DNA of 32,000 bases from Chlamydiota bacterium (GTDB taxonomy: Bacteria > Auribacterota > JACPWU01). The position numbers were made by a program, and so were the translations under genes. The stretch spans positions 8,400 through 40,399 of the forward strand of contig JACPWU010000009.1 of assembly GCA_016196885.1 (NCBI GenBank), in the 5' to 3' direction. Numbering within the stretch: position 1 is the first letter of the stretch; each line of letters begins with the position of its first letter. Below are positions 17,376 to 24,770 of this stretch, in pieces. The notes below the pieces were generated by a model that did no database searches, was not told where the DNA came from, and was given only the letters and a program-made list of their open reading frames with translations.

Positions 17376-18659
17376 ATGTTTTCAAAAAGCCTCTTGATAG
17401 GGTTGATTTCCTTCTTTGCTATTACCTCCCTTTTTTCAGAGTCGCCTCTTGTGTATCGCATGGAAGACTTGGTCCAGCGGGCGCTTGAGAATTCCCAGGA
17501 ACTGAAGCTTTTGGACGAGGATATTCAGCGTTCTGAAAAGGAATTGAAAGTGACCAGAACCTCTTATTGGCCGCATTTGACGCTTCAGGGAAATTTGGGG
17601 GTGGATCTTTTTTCTCTGGAGGATTTTGACCCGAATCGCAACATGGGATCGGATCTTATTTTAGATTGGAATTTTTTTCAAAATGGACTGGTTTTTTATC
17701 GGGTCGAGCAGGCCAAGGCCCAGGTGGAATTAGCCCGTCTCCAAAAGAAGGCAAAAGAGATTGAACTGGCGCATCACATTCGAATTTTGATTTGTGATCT
17801 TTTGGAGAAACAAGAATCTTTGAAATTGCAAGAGGCCGAGCAGGATTTTACTCAAAAGGGGTTTGAAAAACTTCGGTTGGAATTTGATCAGGGCAATGTG
17901 CGCAGGAATGATCTTTTGAAGCACCGGATTGAAATGTATGAGAAACAAAATCTTTTGGATCAGGCTCGAAGAGAGTATGAAGCAAACTTTCAAAAGATTA
18001 AAAATGAGGCGGATGTGATTTCTGTGGAAAATATTGCTCCACCTGAAATTGAAACGGAGACTTTGCCTTATGAAAAATGTGTCCAGATGGTTTTGAAGTG
18101 TCGTGTGGAGATTCGACAGGCTGAGATTCAGTCTCAATTGACTGAGCGGGCCCTTCGGGTCTCCAAACTGGGTTTGTTGCCTCGCTTGGACCTTTTTGCT
18201 GGAAATGCGTTTGCCCTGGATGATGTGGGCCAGAATTCAGATCCCTTTCAATTTCGCACGGGGGTCATTGCCCGTTACCCCTTGTACGATGGGGGCGAGG
18301 CCCGTCTTCAAATTGTGCTTGCCCAAATGGCGGTCCGAAAGGCCCATTTTCAATTAGAGGAGGCTAAGAAAAAAGTTTTGGGGGAGTTAGAAAGTGCCTA
18401 TGGAGATTGGGAAGATGCAAAGAGGTTTTTCCAAACGGGAGAGCTTCAATATGAGGGTGTGATGCAGGAATTTGAAAAAACGCAGGGTGAGTTTAAACAG
18501 GGCCAACTTTCTCCTTATGAATGGGAGGAAAGCGAATTGAGTCTGAGAAGAGCCCAAGCGCATGCCTTAGGTTTGAGGCTAGCCGTGATTCGCAGAGAGG
18601 CTGCCTTGGCAAAAGTGATGGGACTGAAAAGTTTGGAAGAGATGGCGGATCCGCAATGA
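17376..18659 (+). CDS. TolC-like outer-membrane efflux protein
   Basis: Signal peptide (MFSKSLLIGLISFFAITSLFS), GAGGAAG Shine-Dalgarno, and a coiled-coil-rich two-repeat OEP-family composition. ATGA overlap with the next gene. Confidence 0.8.
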   Translation: MFSKSLLIGLISFFAITSLFSESPLVYRMEDLVQRALENSQELKLLDEDIQRSEKELKVTRTSYWPHLTLQGNLGVDLFSLEDFDPNRNMGSDLILDWNFFQNGLVFYRVEQAKAQVELARLQKKAKEIELAHHIRILICDLLEKQESLKLQEAEQDFTQKGFEKLRLEFDQGNVRRNDLLKHRIEMYEKQNLLDQARREYEANFQKIKNEADVISVENIAPPEIETETLPYEKCVQMVLKCRVEIRQAEIQSQLTERALRVSKLGLLPRLDLFAGNAFALDDVGQNSDPFQFRTGVIARYPLYDGGEARLQIVLAQMAVRKAHFQLEEAKKKVLGELESAYGDWEDAKRFFQTGELQYEGVMQEFEKTQGEFKQGQLSPYEWEESELSLRRAQAHALGLRLAVIRREAALAKVMGLKSLEEMADPQ

Positions 18660-19870
18660 CATTTCAGAAAAAATCTTGGTTTTTATGGGGGGGCATTCCT
18701 ACCTTGCTTCTCTTTTTTTCTGTGGGGGCTTGGGTGCGCTCATTCCGTGAGTCTGTGGCCCCGGAGCTAAAGGCCGTGGTCTCTCGTGGAAGTATTCGTC
18801 AGGTGATTCAGGGGGGAGGCACCTTAGAGGCAGATGAAATCAAATCCGTCCAATCGCCGCTGGAGGGAACGCTCAAAAATATTTTCGTTCACAGCGGAGA
18901 TAGAATTAGAAAGGGAAAAATTATTTTCGAAATTGGAAACGATCATTTTAAACAAGATCTCGCATTGGCTCGAGCTCAGTACGATCAAGCACTTTTGGAA
19001 TGGAAGAAAATGAAAAATCTTCCGAACGAGGCAGCGATGCTGGAGGCCAAAAATACCTTGGAGAAGGCCAAACAGGTGCTCCAAGAAACAGAAAAGGAGG
19101 TTCGAGATAAAAAAGACCTCTGTGAAAAGGGCTTTATTTCTCAAAAGGAATTAGAAGATGCGCAAAATTATTTGAGCACGGCCAAGACGGAAAAAGACAT
19201 TGCCTTTTCGCGGTGGAGCGAAGTTTCAAAACCTTCCTCACAAGAGGATCGCAGCCTTAAGAAGGCAGAGCTTTCCAAGAAAAAAATGGAATTGAAAAAT
19301 CTGAAGGCTCAGTGGAAGGGCCGTCGTTTCAAATCCCCGTTTAAGGCCTGGGTGGTGGATATTTCAAAGAAGGTGAATGAAGAGGTGGGTCGAGAGGATC
19401 CGATTCTAAGCTTGGTCAATTTGGAAAAACCCTTTGTGGTCAAGGGGGCACTTTACGAATCGGACGTGCATGAGGTGAGAGAAGGAGAGAAGGCCTGGAT
19501 TAAAATGACGGGATCCCGTCAGAGGTTAAAGGCAGAAGTGACAGAGGTCTCCCCGATGGCGCAAAGCGTCGGGGGTGGAAGAAAATTCCCCATGAAATTG
19601 CGTGTTGATGGAAAAATTCGGGGCGTGCCTCGATTGGGTGTTGCGGTGGATTATGAAATTTTTGTTCAGGAGAAACAAAATGTTTTAACACTGCCGCTTC
19701 CTTTTGTGGTGCATGAAGAAAGTCAAAGAGGTGCCTGGGTTTTAAAGGGAGGAAAGGCTCGGTTCGTTCCTTTGGGATTGGGTCTGAGCGATGATGCAAA
19801 AATTGAGGTGATGGGGGGAGTCAAAGAGGGAGAGGAAGTGATTTTGCCGCGAGCGAGGGTTGAGTCTTGA
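18656..19870 (+). CDS. HlyD/MacA-like periplasmic adaptor (membrane fusion protein)
   Basis: N-terminal TM anchor (WFLWGGIPTLLLFFSVGAW), a lipoyl/barrel-sandwich segment (PLEGTLKNIFVHSGDRIRKGKIIFEI) and a long coiled coil. Start taken at ATG 18656, which overlaps the tolC-like TGA. Confidence 0.8.
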   Translation: MTFQKKSWFLWGGIPTLLLFFSVGAWVRSFRESVAPELKAVVSRGSIRQVIQGGGTLEADEIKSVQSPLEGTLKNIFVHSGDRIRKGKIIFEIGNDHFKQDLALARAQYDQALLEWKKMKNLPNEAAMLEAKNTLEKAKQVLQETEKEVRDKKDLCEKGFISQKELEDAQNYLSTAKTEKDIAFSRWSEVSKPSSQEDRSLKKAELSKKKMELKNLKAQWKGRRFKSPFKAWVVDISKKVNEEVGREDPILSLVNLEKPFVVKGALYESDVHEVREGEKAWIKMTGSRQRLKAEVTEVSPMAQSVGGGRKFPMKLRVDGKIRGVPRLGVAVDYEIFVQEKQNVLTLPLPFVVHEESQRGAWVLKGGKARFVPLGLGLSDDAKIEVMGGVKEGEEVILPRARVES

Positions 19871-19882
19871 AGAAGTAACCCC

Positions 19883-19943
19883 CCTAGCCCAGCAAGGAAG
19901 GCTGCACTGCCACTGGCAGTGCAGCCTTCCTTGCTGGGCTAGG
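19883..19943. repeat. 61-bp perfect palindrome (30-nt arms) in the macA-macB intercistronic gap
   Basis: CCTAGCCCAGCAAGGAAGGCTGCACTGCCA-C-TGGCAGTGCAGCCTTCCTTGCTGGGCTAGG. The arms are exact reverse complements, checked base by base. Confidence 0.9.
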
Positions 19944-19949
19944 TAAAAA

Positions 19950-20018
19950 AACATCTACTACCGCGGTCGGCTTTGCATTGCCACTGGCAATGCAGCCTCC
20001 CTTGCTGGGTTGGGGGAG
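19950..20018 (+). repeat. Left ~68-bp inverted repeat flanking the macB genes
   Basis: AACATCTACTACCGCGGTCGGCT | TTGCATTGCCACTGGCAATGCA | GCCTCCCTTGCTGGGTTGGGGGAG. The 23-nt outer block is an exact reverse complement of 22066-22088. Confidence 0.85.
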
Positions 20019-20041
20019 TTATTTCATTATCCTTGTCATTT

Positions 20042-20797
20042 ATGTCTGAAACCATAATCTTAAATTCCATTGAAAAAAAACTTGAGAGACCTCAAATCTC
20101 TTCCCCTATTCTCTGTGAATTAATCGCTGTTTCAAAAGAGTATTCACTCGATTCTGGAAATGTGATGGCTCTCAAAGACATCCATTTTCGCCTTTACGAA
20201 AAAGATTTTTTATCCATTTTAGGACCGAGTGGCTCTGGGAAAAGTACCTTGCTTCACATCCTGGGTCTTTTGTCAAATCCATCCAAAGGAAGAATTTTCT
20301 TTAAGGGACAGGATGTTTCTTGTTTGAGCGAATGGGCTTTGGCCCGATTGAGAGGCCAAAAAATCGGTTTCGTTTTCCAGGCCTTTCATTTGCTTCCCTC
20401 TCTCAATGCCTTGGAAAATGTAGCGCTTCCTCTCATCTATCAACGGGTCAGTGGGGGCCAGAGGAAGAGAAAGGCACTCGAGGCTCTTGAAAAAGTGGGG
20501 CTTGCAAGGCGTTCGCACCATTTTCCCAGGCAGTTATCAGGGGGAGAGTCTCAGCGAGTGGCAATTGCGAGGGCCTTGGTGAGTCAACCTTCTTTAATTT
20601 TGGCGGATGAGCCCACTGGAAATTTAGACACTCAGATGGGAAAAGAAATTTTGGGAATGCTCAAAATGTTGAATGAAGAAGGCAAAACGGTCGTGGTTGT
20701 GACACATGATGTTCGGATTGCGAATGAAGCCAATCGGATTCTCTTTTTGAAAGATGGGAAAGTAGAGAGTTTGAGTTCTAGAGGTGAGGCGAGATGA
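20042..20797 (+). CDS. MacB/LolD-type ABC transporter ATP-binding protein
   Basis: Walker A (GPSGSGKSTLL), signature (LSGGESQRVAIARAL), Walker B (ILADEPTGNLD). The track start 19973 lies inside the inverted repeat, so ATG 20042 is used. Confidence 0.9.
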   Translation: MSETIILNSIEKKLERPQISSPILCELIAVSKEYSLDSGNVMALKDIHFRLYEKDFLSILGPSGSGKSTLLHILGLLSNPSKGRIFFKGQDVSCLSEWALARLRGQKIGFVFQAFHLLPSLNALENVALPLIYQRVSGGQRKRKALEALEKVGLARRSHHFPRQLSGGESQRVAIARALVSQPSLILADEPTGNLDTQMGKEILGMLKMLNEEGKTVVVVTHDVRIANEANRILFLKDGKVESLSSRGEAR

Positions 20798-22005
20798 AAT
20801 CCCACCTGATTTTTTACGATCATTTAAAAACGGCTTTTCAAATGGTTTCGACGCATCGGCTGAGATCCCTTTTGAGTGTGGTGGGGATTGTCTTTGGGGT
20901 TTTGACCTTGATGGTGACGCTGTCTATTGGAGAGGGGACACGTCGAAAAATCATGAAGACGATTGAGGCGATGGGATCCAATTTAATTTACGTCTCTTCG
21001 CATGCAGGGATGAGTCAGGACGCGGGTTTCGAATACATTCCATTGACTGAAGCAGAATGTCAGCGTTTCAAAGAGGTGAAAGGAATAGAGGCCTATGCCC
21101 CCATTTTAAGCTCTGCCTTTTTGATGCAGGCCTCCACCTTTCAGCAGGTCATTCCCGTGGAGGGGACGACGCCTTCTTATCAAAGGGTGAGGGATTTGGC
21201 TCTCGATCAAGGCCGGTTTCTCGCGGATGAGGATGTGTTAAAGGAATCACGCGGGGTGGTGATTGGAAAAGATCTCGCCCAATTTCTTTTTCCTTTTCAG
21301 AATCCCTTGAACCAAAAAGTTCACCTTTGGGATGAAAGTTTTAAAGTGGTCGGCGTCCTTCAGAAAAAGGGGCGGACTTTTGGAGTGGATTTTGACCGCG
21401 AGGTTTTAATGCCTCTTTCGACTCTACAGCAAATTCAGGGAAAAAGAGGGGAGGTGCAGGGGGCTTGGATTCGGACCCCCCGCGGGGATTTGACGAAGCA
21501 GGTGATGAGACAGATGGAAATTTTACTTTCCCGTAAAGATGTAGAGATTTGGGATCAGGAGGCACTTCTTTCGAAGAAGGATCGCATCACGCGGGCCTTT
21601 AAATGGTCTTTGGGATCCATTGCCTTGGTGAGTTTATTGATAGGAGGCATCGGGGTCATGAATGTCCTTTTGGTCTCTGTGGCAGAGCGGATTCGTGAAA
21701 TGGGGCTTCGAAAGGCTGTGGGTGCGACCTCCAGAGATATTCTTTTTCAATTGATATTTGAGTCTGTCTTTTTAACTCTGACCGGGTCTTGTGTGGGCAT
21801 CTTGTTGGGGCTTGTCACGGGAGATTTCATCGCCTGGCTTTTGAATACCCTGCTTCCGAGCACAGAAAAGTGGGAAGCGGTTTTTTCTTGGAGTTCAATC
21901 GGGGTTGCATTTCATTTTTCTCTATGGGTGGGACTTCTTTTTGGTCTTTATCCTGCCTGGAAGGCGTCCAGGCTGGATCCGTGTGAGGCGTTGACGTATT
22001 TTTAA
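20794..22005 (+). CDS. MacB-type ABC transporter permease (periplasmic MacB_PCD-like domain + FtsX domain)
   Basis: 403 aa. N-terminal TM, a ~230-aa periplasmic domain and a C-terminal FtsX-like 3-TM bundle (ERIREMGLRKAVGAT). ATGA overlap with the ATPase gene. Confidence 0.9.
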   Translation: MKSHLIFYDHLKTAFQMVSTHRLRSLLSVVGIVFGVLTLMVTLSIGEGTRRKIMKTIEAMGSNLIYVSSHAGMSQDAGFEYIPLTEAECQRFKEVKGIEAYAPILSSAFLMQASTFQQVIPVEGTTPSYQRVRDLALDQGRFLADEDVLKESRGVVIGKDLAQFLFPFQNPLNQKVHLWDESFKVVGVLQKKGRTFGVDFDREVLMPLSTLQQIQGKRGEVQGAWIRTPRGDLTKQVMRQMEILLSRKDVEIWDQEALLSKKDRITRAFKWSLGSIALVSLLIGGIGVMNVLLVSVAERIREMGLRKAVGATSRDILFQLIFESVFLTLTGSCVGILLGLVTGDFIAWLLNTLLPSTEKWEAVFSWSSIGVAFHFSLWVGLLFGLYPAWKASRLDPCEALTYF

Positions 22006-22020
22006 AGTAATGGGTCCTGT

Positions 22021-22088
22021 CCCTCCTCACCCAGCAAGGAAGGCGTTTCTTCCAGTGGAAGAAACAGCCGACCGCGGTAGTAGATGTT
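22021..22088 (-). repeat. Right ~68-bp inverted repeat flanking the macB genes
   Basis: The reverse complement reads AACATCTACTACCGCGGTCGGCT | GTTTCTTCCACTGGAAGAAAC | GCCTTCCTTGCTGGGTGAGGAGGG. It has the same three-part layout as 19950-20018, with a different but still self-complementary middle hairpin. Confidence 0.85.
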
Positions 22089-22212
22089 GTTTTCCATTTA
22101 ACGGTCGACGGCATCGGTCTCGAAATAGTTTTTGATCATGATTCTTGGCGTAAGTCTCGACCTGCTGGCGCTCGATGGGGGACCCCCAGTCGGGCCACCC
22201 ACTACTTTTCAT
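22027..22212 (-). CDS. Small hypothetical ORF (61 aa), possibly a truncated gene; C-terminal third is translated repeat
   Basis: Its ATG overlaps the TGA of the upstream DUF1570-like gene (ATGA on the minus strand), which suggests translational coupling. From about residue 40 onward the frame runs through the inverted repeat at 22021-22088. I recognise no family. Confidence 0.25.
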   Translation of the reverse strand: MKSSGWPDWGSPIERQQVETYAKNHDQKLFRDRCRRPLNGKQHLLPRSAVSSTGRNAFLAG

Positions 22213-23276
22213 CGTTTCGCCATTTGCCTTCTAAAATTTTGAAAGTCCTTCTCCAGTTGCTCAGGGGTTGTCCTTAAATTTCTCGCCAAGATTGCGATTT
22301 GAGTGCTTTCCTCTGGGTGGTTCTGGACCTGTTTCAAAAATTGATAGAAGCCGGTTTGTCGGGGCGATTGCATGAGATAATAAATGAGACACCAGGAGGT
22401 GGCATAGGCATCGAGGGCCTGGTTTTCATTCAGACCGAGGAAACTTCGAATGCTCATCAATTCTGAAACCTTCATGGGTGGAAGGTAGGCCAGGAGAAGC
22501 ATGTACTGGCGATGGGGAAGACCGATTTGCGCCTTTTCACAATAGACCGCCCAGCCTTCCAGAAGCCAGCTCGCCACATTTTTCGGGAGGATGTTGTATT
22601 GTGCCGAAAGTTGATGGGTCGCTTCATGGCGCATGAGGCTGAGGGTCTGGTCCATTTGGCCTGTCAAAGTCGGCAGGAGAATTTCTTGGTAGCGAAAAGG
22701 GATTTTGACATGGGCGAGGGGAGAGGTGCTTTTCGTGATGTCGAGCGCATTGTAGAGATAAAGCCGGTGGTCTTTGAAGTTGTAGAAACCGCAGACCCAC
22801 TCAGGGACACGGTTTTTTCGGCGGAATTCCTGAAAGGTTTTTTCAGAATCAAAAAAAACCACTTGAAGACCCAACCCGCGTTGGCCAGAAAGAAGCATGG
22901 AAAAGGTGCCTCGAAATTGAGTTTCAAAGGAGAGTAAGGTTTGAAGTGCATTCTGAAAGGCGAAGGATTTTTTTTCCGTGAGAATGGAATAAACAGGAGT
23001 TTTTACAAAAGTGAAGGATGGAAAGTCTTGTTTAAATTCAACATCTTCTAGGGAGATAAATTTTTCAGCTACCTGGGCCTCCATCGCCAATCCATGGCGC
23101 AGTTGAAGTGTCTTTTCATCCCAGGTTTGGGAGGTAGGATGGGAGGGGATGACAGATTTTTTGAAAGCGACTTGTAAGCTACGTGTGGAAGATTCTTCTT
23201 TTTTTCTGTTTTCGAAGAAGAGGCCTGTTCCTACGATAACAGCTATTAAAGTGGTTAGCCTCAATAAAGTTTTCAC
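22209..23276 (-). CDS. Secreted/anchored hypothetical protein with HExxH-like motif (DUF1570-like putative metallopeptidase fold)
   Basis: GTG start. N-terminal hydrophobic anchor (LLRLTTLIAVIVGTGLFF). MRHEATHQL ... LLEGWAVYCE pattern. The family assignment is from memory and not verified. Confidence 0.65.
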   Translation of the reverse strand: MKTLLRLTTLIAVIVGTGLFFENRKKEESSTRSLQVAFKKSVIPSHPTSQTWDEKTLQLRHGLAMEAQVAEKFISLEDVEFKQDFPSFTFVKTPVYSILTEKKSFAFQNALQTLLSFETQFRGTFSMLLSGQRGLGLQVVFFDSEKTFQEFRRKNRVPEWVCGFYNFKDHRLYLYNALDITKSTSPLAHVKIPFRYQEILLPTLTGQMDQTLSLMRHEATHQLSAQYNILPKNVASWLLEGWAVYCEKAQIGLPHRQYMLLLAYLPPMKVSELMSIRSFLGLNENQALDAYATSWCLIYYLMQSPRQTGFYQFLKQVQNHPEESTQIAILARNLRTTPEQLEKDFQNFRRQMAKR

Positions 23277-23351
23277 TTTAATTTCATTTTAGCACATTTT
23301 TTTTGATAAAATTGAAAACAGACAGAAATATTCATAACCTTATGATGTTTT

Positions 23352-23424
23352 CATCCTGAGGAGTGGAACGACGAAGGGTCTTGATTGAAAAACAAGATCC
23401 TTCGTCGCTGCGGCTCTCAGGATG
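23352..23424 (+). promoter_or_regulatory. Long two-tier hairpin in the gdh 5' leader
   Basis: Outer stem: CATCCTGAG(G)AG pairs with CTCTCAGGATG (11 bp, one bulge). Internal loop: TGGAA / CTGCGG. Inner stem: 15 bp, CGACGAAGGGTCTTG pairs with CAAGATCCTTCGTCG (one G:U). Loop: ATTGAAAAA. The hairpin ends 2 nt before the AGGAG preceding ATG 23443. Confidence 0.4.
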
Positions 23425-23442
23425 ACAGGAGACGGGCGGAAC

Positions 23443-24672
23443 ATGGACGCTTTTGAAACGACAAATATTTATTTCCACCGTGCTGCAGATCTTTTGGGTT
23501 TGAATGAAAGGGTTCGTACCCTCCTTCTCAATCCTTCCCGTGAGGTGAAGGTTTCCATTCCCATTGAGCGCGAGGACGGGACCCTGGCCCATTTTGTGGG
23601 TTATCGAATTCAACACAACAATGCGCGAGGCCCCTTTAAAGGGGGGTTGCGTTACCATCATCAAGTGAATGCTGAAGAGGTGAAGGGCTTGGCCTCTCTG
23701 ATGACTTGGAAAACGGGGGTGGTGGATGTTCCCTTCGGAGGAGCGAAGGGTGGCATTGCCTGTCATCCCCAAGATTTGAGCGAACATGATTTGGAAATTT
23801 TGACACGGCGATTCGTTCAGCAGATTCATGAATTCATAGGACCCACAGTGGATATTCCGGCGCCCGATGTGAATACCAACGCCCAGATCATGGCCTGGAT
23901 CATGGATGAATATTCGCGCATGAAGGGATATGCCCCGGCGGTGGTGACGGGAAAACCTTTAGCGCTCGGGGGCTCGGCGGGGCGTGAGGATGCCACGGGA
24001 CGGGGTTGTGCGATTGTGATTGAAAATTTTTTCAAGAGTCAGGGAAAAACTTTGAAGGGATTAAGATTTGCCCTTCAGGGATTTGGCAATGTCGGCTCTC
24101 ATCTGGCTCATTTCCTGGATGAAAAAGGGGCCCTTGTCATTGGGGTCTCAGACTCTCATGGGGGGGTGATGCGAGGGGAGGGGCTTGACATTCCCCGCTT
24201 GATAGAATATCAAAGGCGCGAGAAAACCGTGGTGGGTTTTCCACAGGGAAATTCTATCAGCAATGAAGAACTTTTGGTGATGGATTGTGATTGCCTGGCG
24301 CCTGCCGCGTTGGGGGAGGTGTTGACGCGAGAAAATGCAAGGCATGTGAAGGCGCGGGTGATTTTGGAGGCAGCCAATGCGCCGACCACCCCGGAGGCCG
24401 ATGAGGTTTTTGAAAAAAAAGGCAGGGTGGTCATCCCTGATATTTTGGCGAATGCCGGCGGCGTGGTGGTTTCTTATTTTGAGTGGGTTCAGAATCTTCA
24501 GAGTTTTAAATGGACTTTGGAACAAGTGGTGGAGGAACTCACGCGCGTGATGACGAAGGCTTATGAGTCCGTGGTGAACATTGCGACGACCAAAAAGGTA
24601 CCCTTGAGAACGGCGGCGTTTGCATTGGGTGTGGGAAGAGTCGCAAAGGCGATGACTTTGAGGGGATTGTAA
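23443..24672 (+). CDS. gdhA: Glutamate dehydrogenase (Glu/Leu/Phe/Val dehydrogenase family)
   Basis: Catalytic VPFGGAKGGI motif and a GFGNVG Rossmann dinucleotide motif. The start is taken at ATG 23443 (AGGAG upstream) rather than 23422, which lies inside the leader hairpin. Confidence 0.92.
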   Translation: MDAFETTNIYFHRAADLLGLNERVRTLLLNPSREVKVSIPIEREDGTLAHFVGYRIQHNNARGPFKGGLRYHHQVNAEEVKGLASLMTWKTGVVDVPFGGAKGGIACHPQDLSEHDLEILTRRFVQQIHEFIGPTVDIPAPDVNTNAQIMAWIMDEYSRMKGYAPAVVTGKPLALGGSAGREDATGRGCAIVIENFFKSQGKTLKGLRFALQGFGNVGSHLAHFLDEKGALVIGVSDSHGGVMRGEGLDIPRLIEYQRREKTVVGFPQGNSISNEELLVMDCDCLAPAALGEVLTRENARHVKARVILEAANAPTTPEADEVFEKKGRVVIPDILANAGGVVVSYFEWVQNLQSFKWTLEQVVEELTRVMTKAYESVVNIATTKKVPLRTAAFALGVGRVAKAMTLRGL

Positions 24673-24673
24673 A

Positions 24674-24753
24674 GACAGTCCACAGTCCAGGGTCGGCAGT
24701 CCACAGAAAAAAATTCCTTATAAACTGTTGACTATGGACTATCAACTATGGAC
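24674..24753. repeat. Heptamer-armed palindromic element, CAGTCCA/CTATGGA family, full copy
   Basis: Left arm is GA CAGTCCA CAGTCCA GGGTCGG CAGTCCA CAG. Core is AAAAAAATTCCTTATAAA. Right arm is CTGTTGA CTATGGA CTATCAA CTATGGA C. It lies between gdh and the cNMP-binding gene. Confidence 0.85.
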
Positions 24754-24770
24754 TTCTTTTAGAGGAGATC

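Noticed and set aside
18521-18655. Upstream extension of the MacA-like ORF overlapping the tolC-like gene by 139 nt
   Set aside because: ATG 18656 forms an ATGA junction with the tolC-like stop and is followed directly by the membrane anchor. The extension has no adaptor-like sequence.
19973-20041. N-terminal 23 residues of the tracked ABC ATPase ORF (MHCHWQCSLPCWVGGVISLSLSF)
   Set aside because: This stretch is a translation of the left inverted repeat and hairpin. The related minus-strand ORF 19742-19954 (QQGRLHCQWQCSLPCWA) shows the same repeat-derived peptide. ATG 20042 gives a normal ABC N-terminus.
23352-23424. Glutamine (glnA-type) riboswitch upstream of gdh
   Set aside because: Only a loose resemblance (GGAACGACGAAGG). 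The fold is a simple two-tier hairpin rather than a three-stem junction, and I cannot verify the consensus from memory.
23332-23829. 165-aa minus-strand ORF, and similar antisense ORFs (e.g. 22512-22937 +, 24148-24525 -, 5976-6410 -, 6635-7096 -, 3751-4158 -, 27853-28278 -, 4713-5141 -, 31553-31891 -)
   Set aside because: All lie fully inside, and antisense to, CDS with strong family motifs. They have no recognisable motifs of their own, so I treat them as shadow ORFs.
24707-24724. The conserved core (A-tract + TTATAAAC) as a sigma-70 promoter (UP element + -10 box) for the downstream gene
   Set aside because: No consistent -35 hexamer lies at 17 nt in the left arms. At 30500-30520 and 3285-3302 the core is in the opposite orientation relative to the downstream + strand gene. 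A directional promoter role is therefore not supported.
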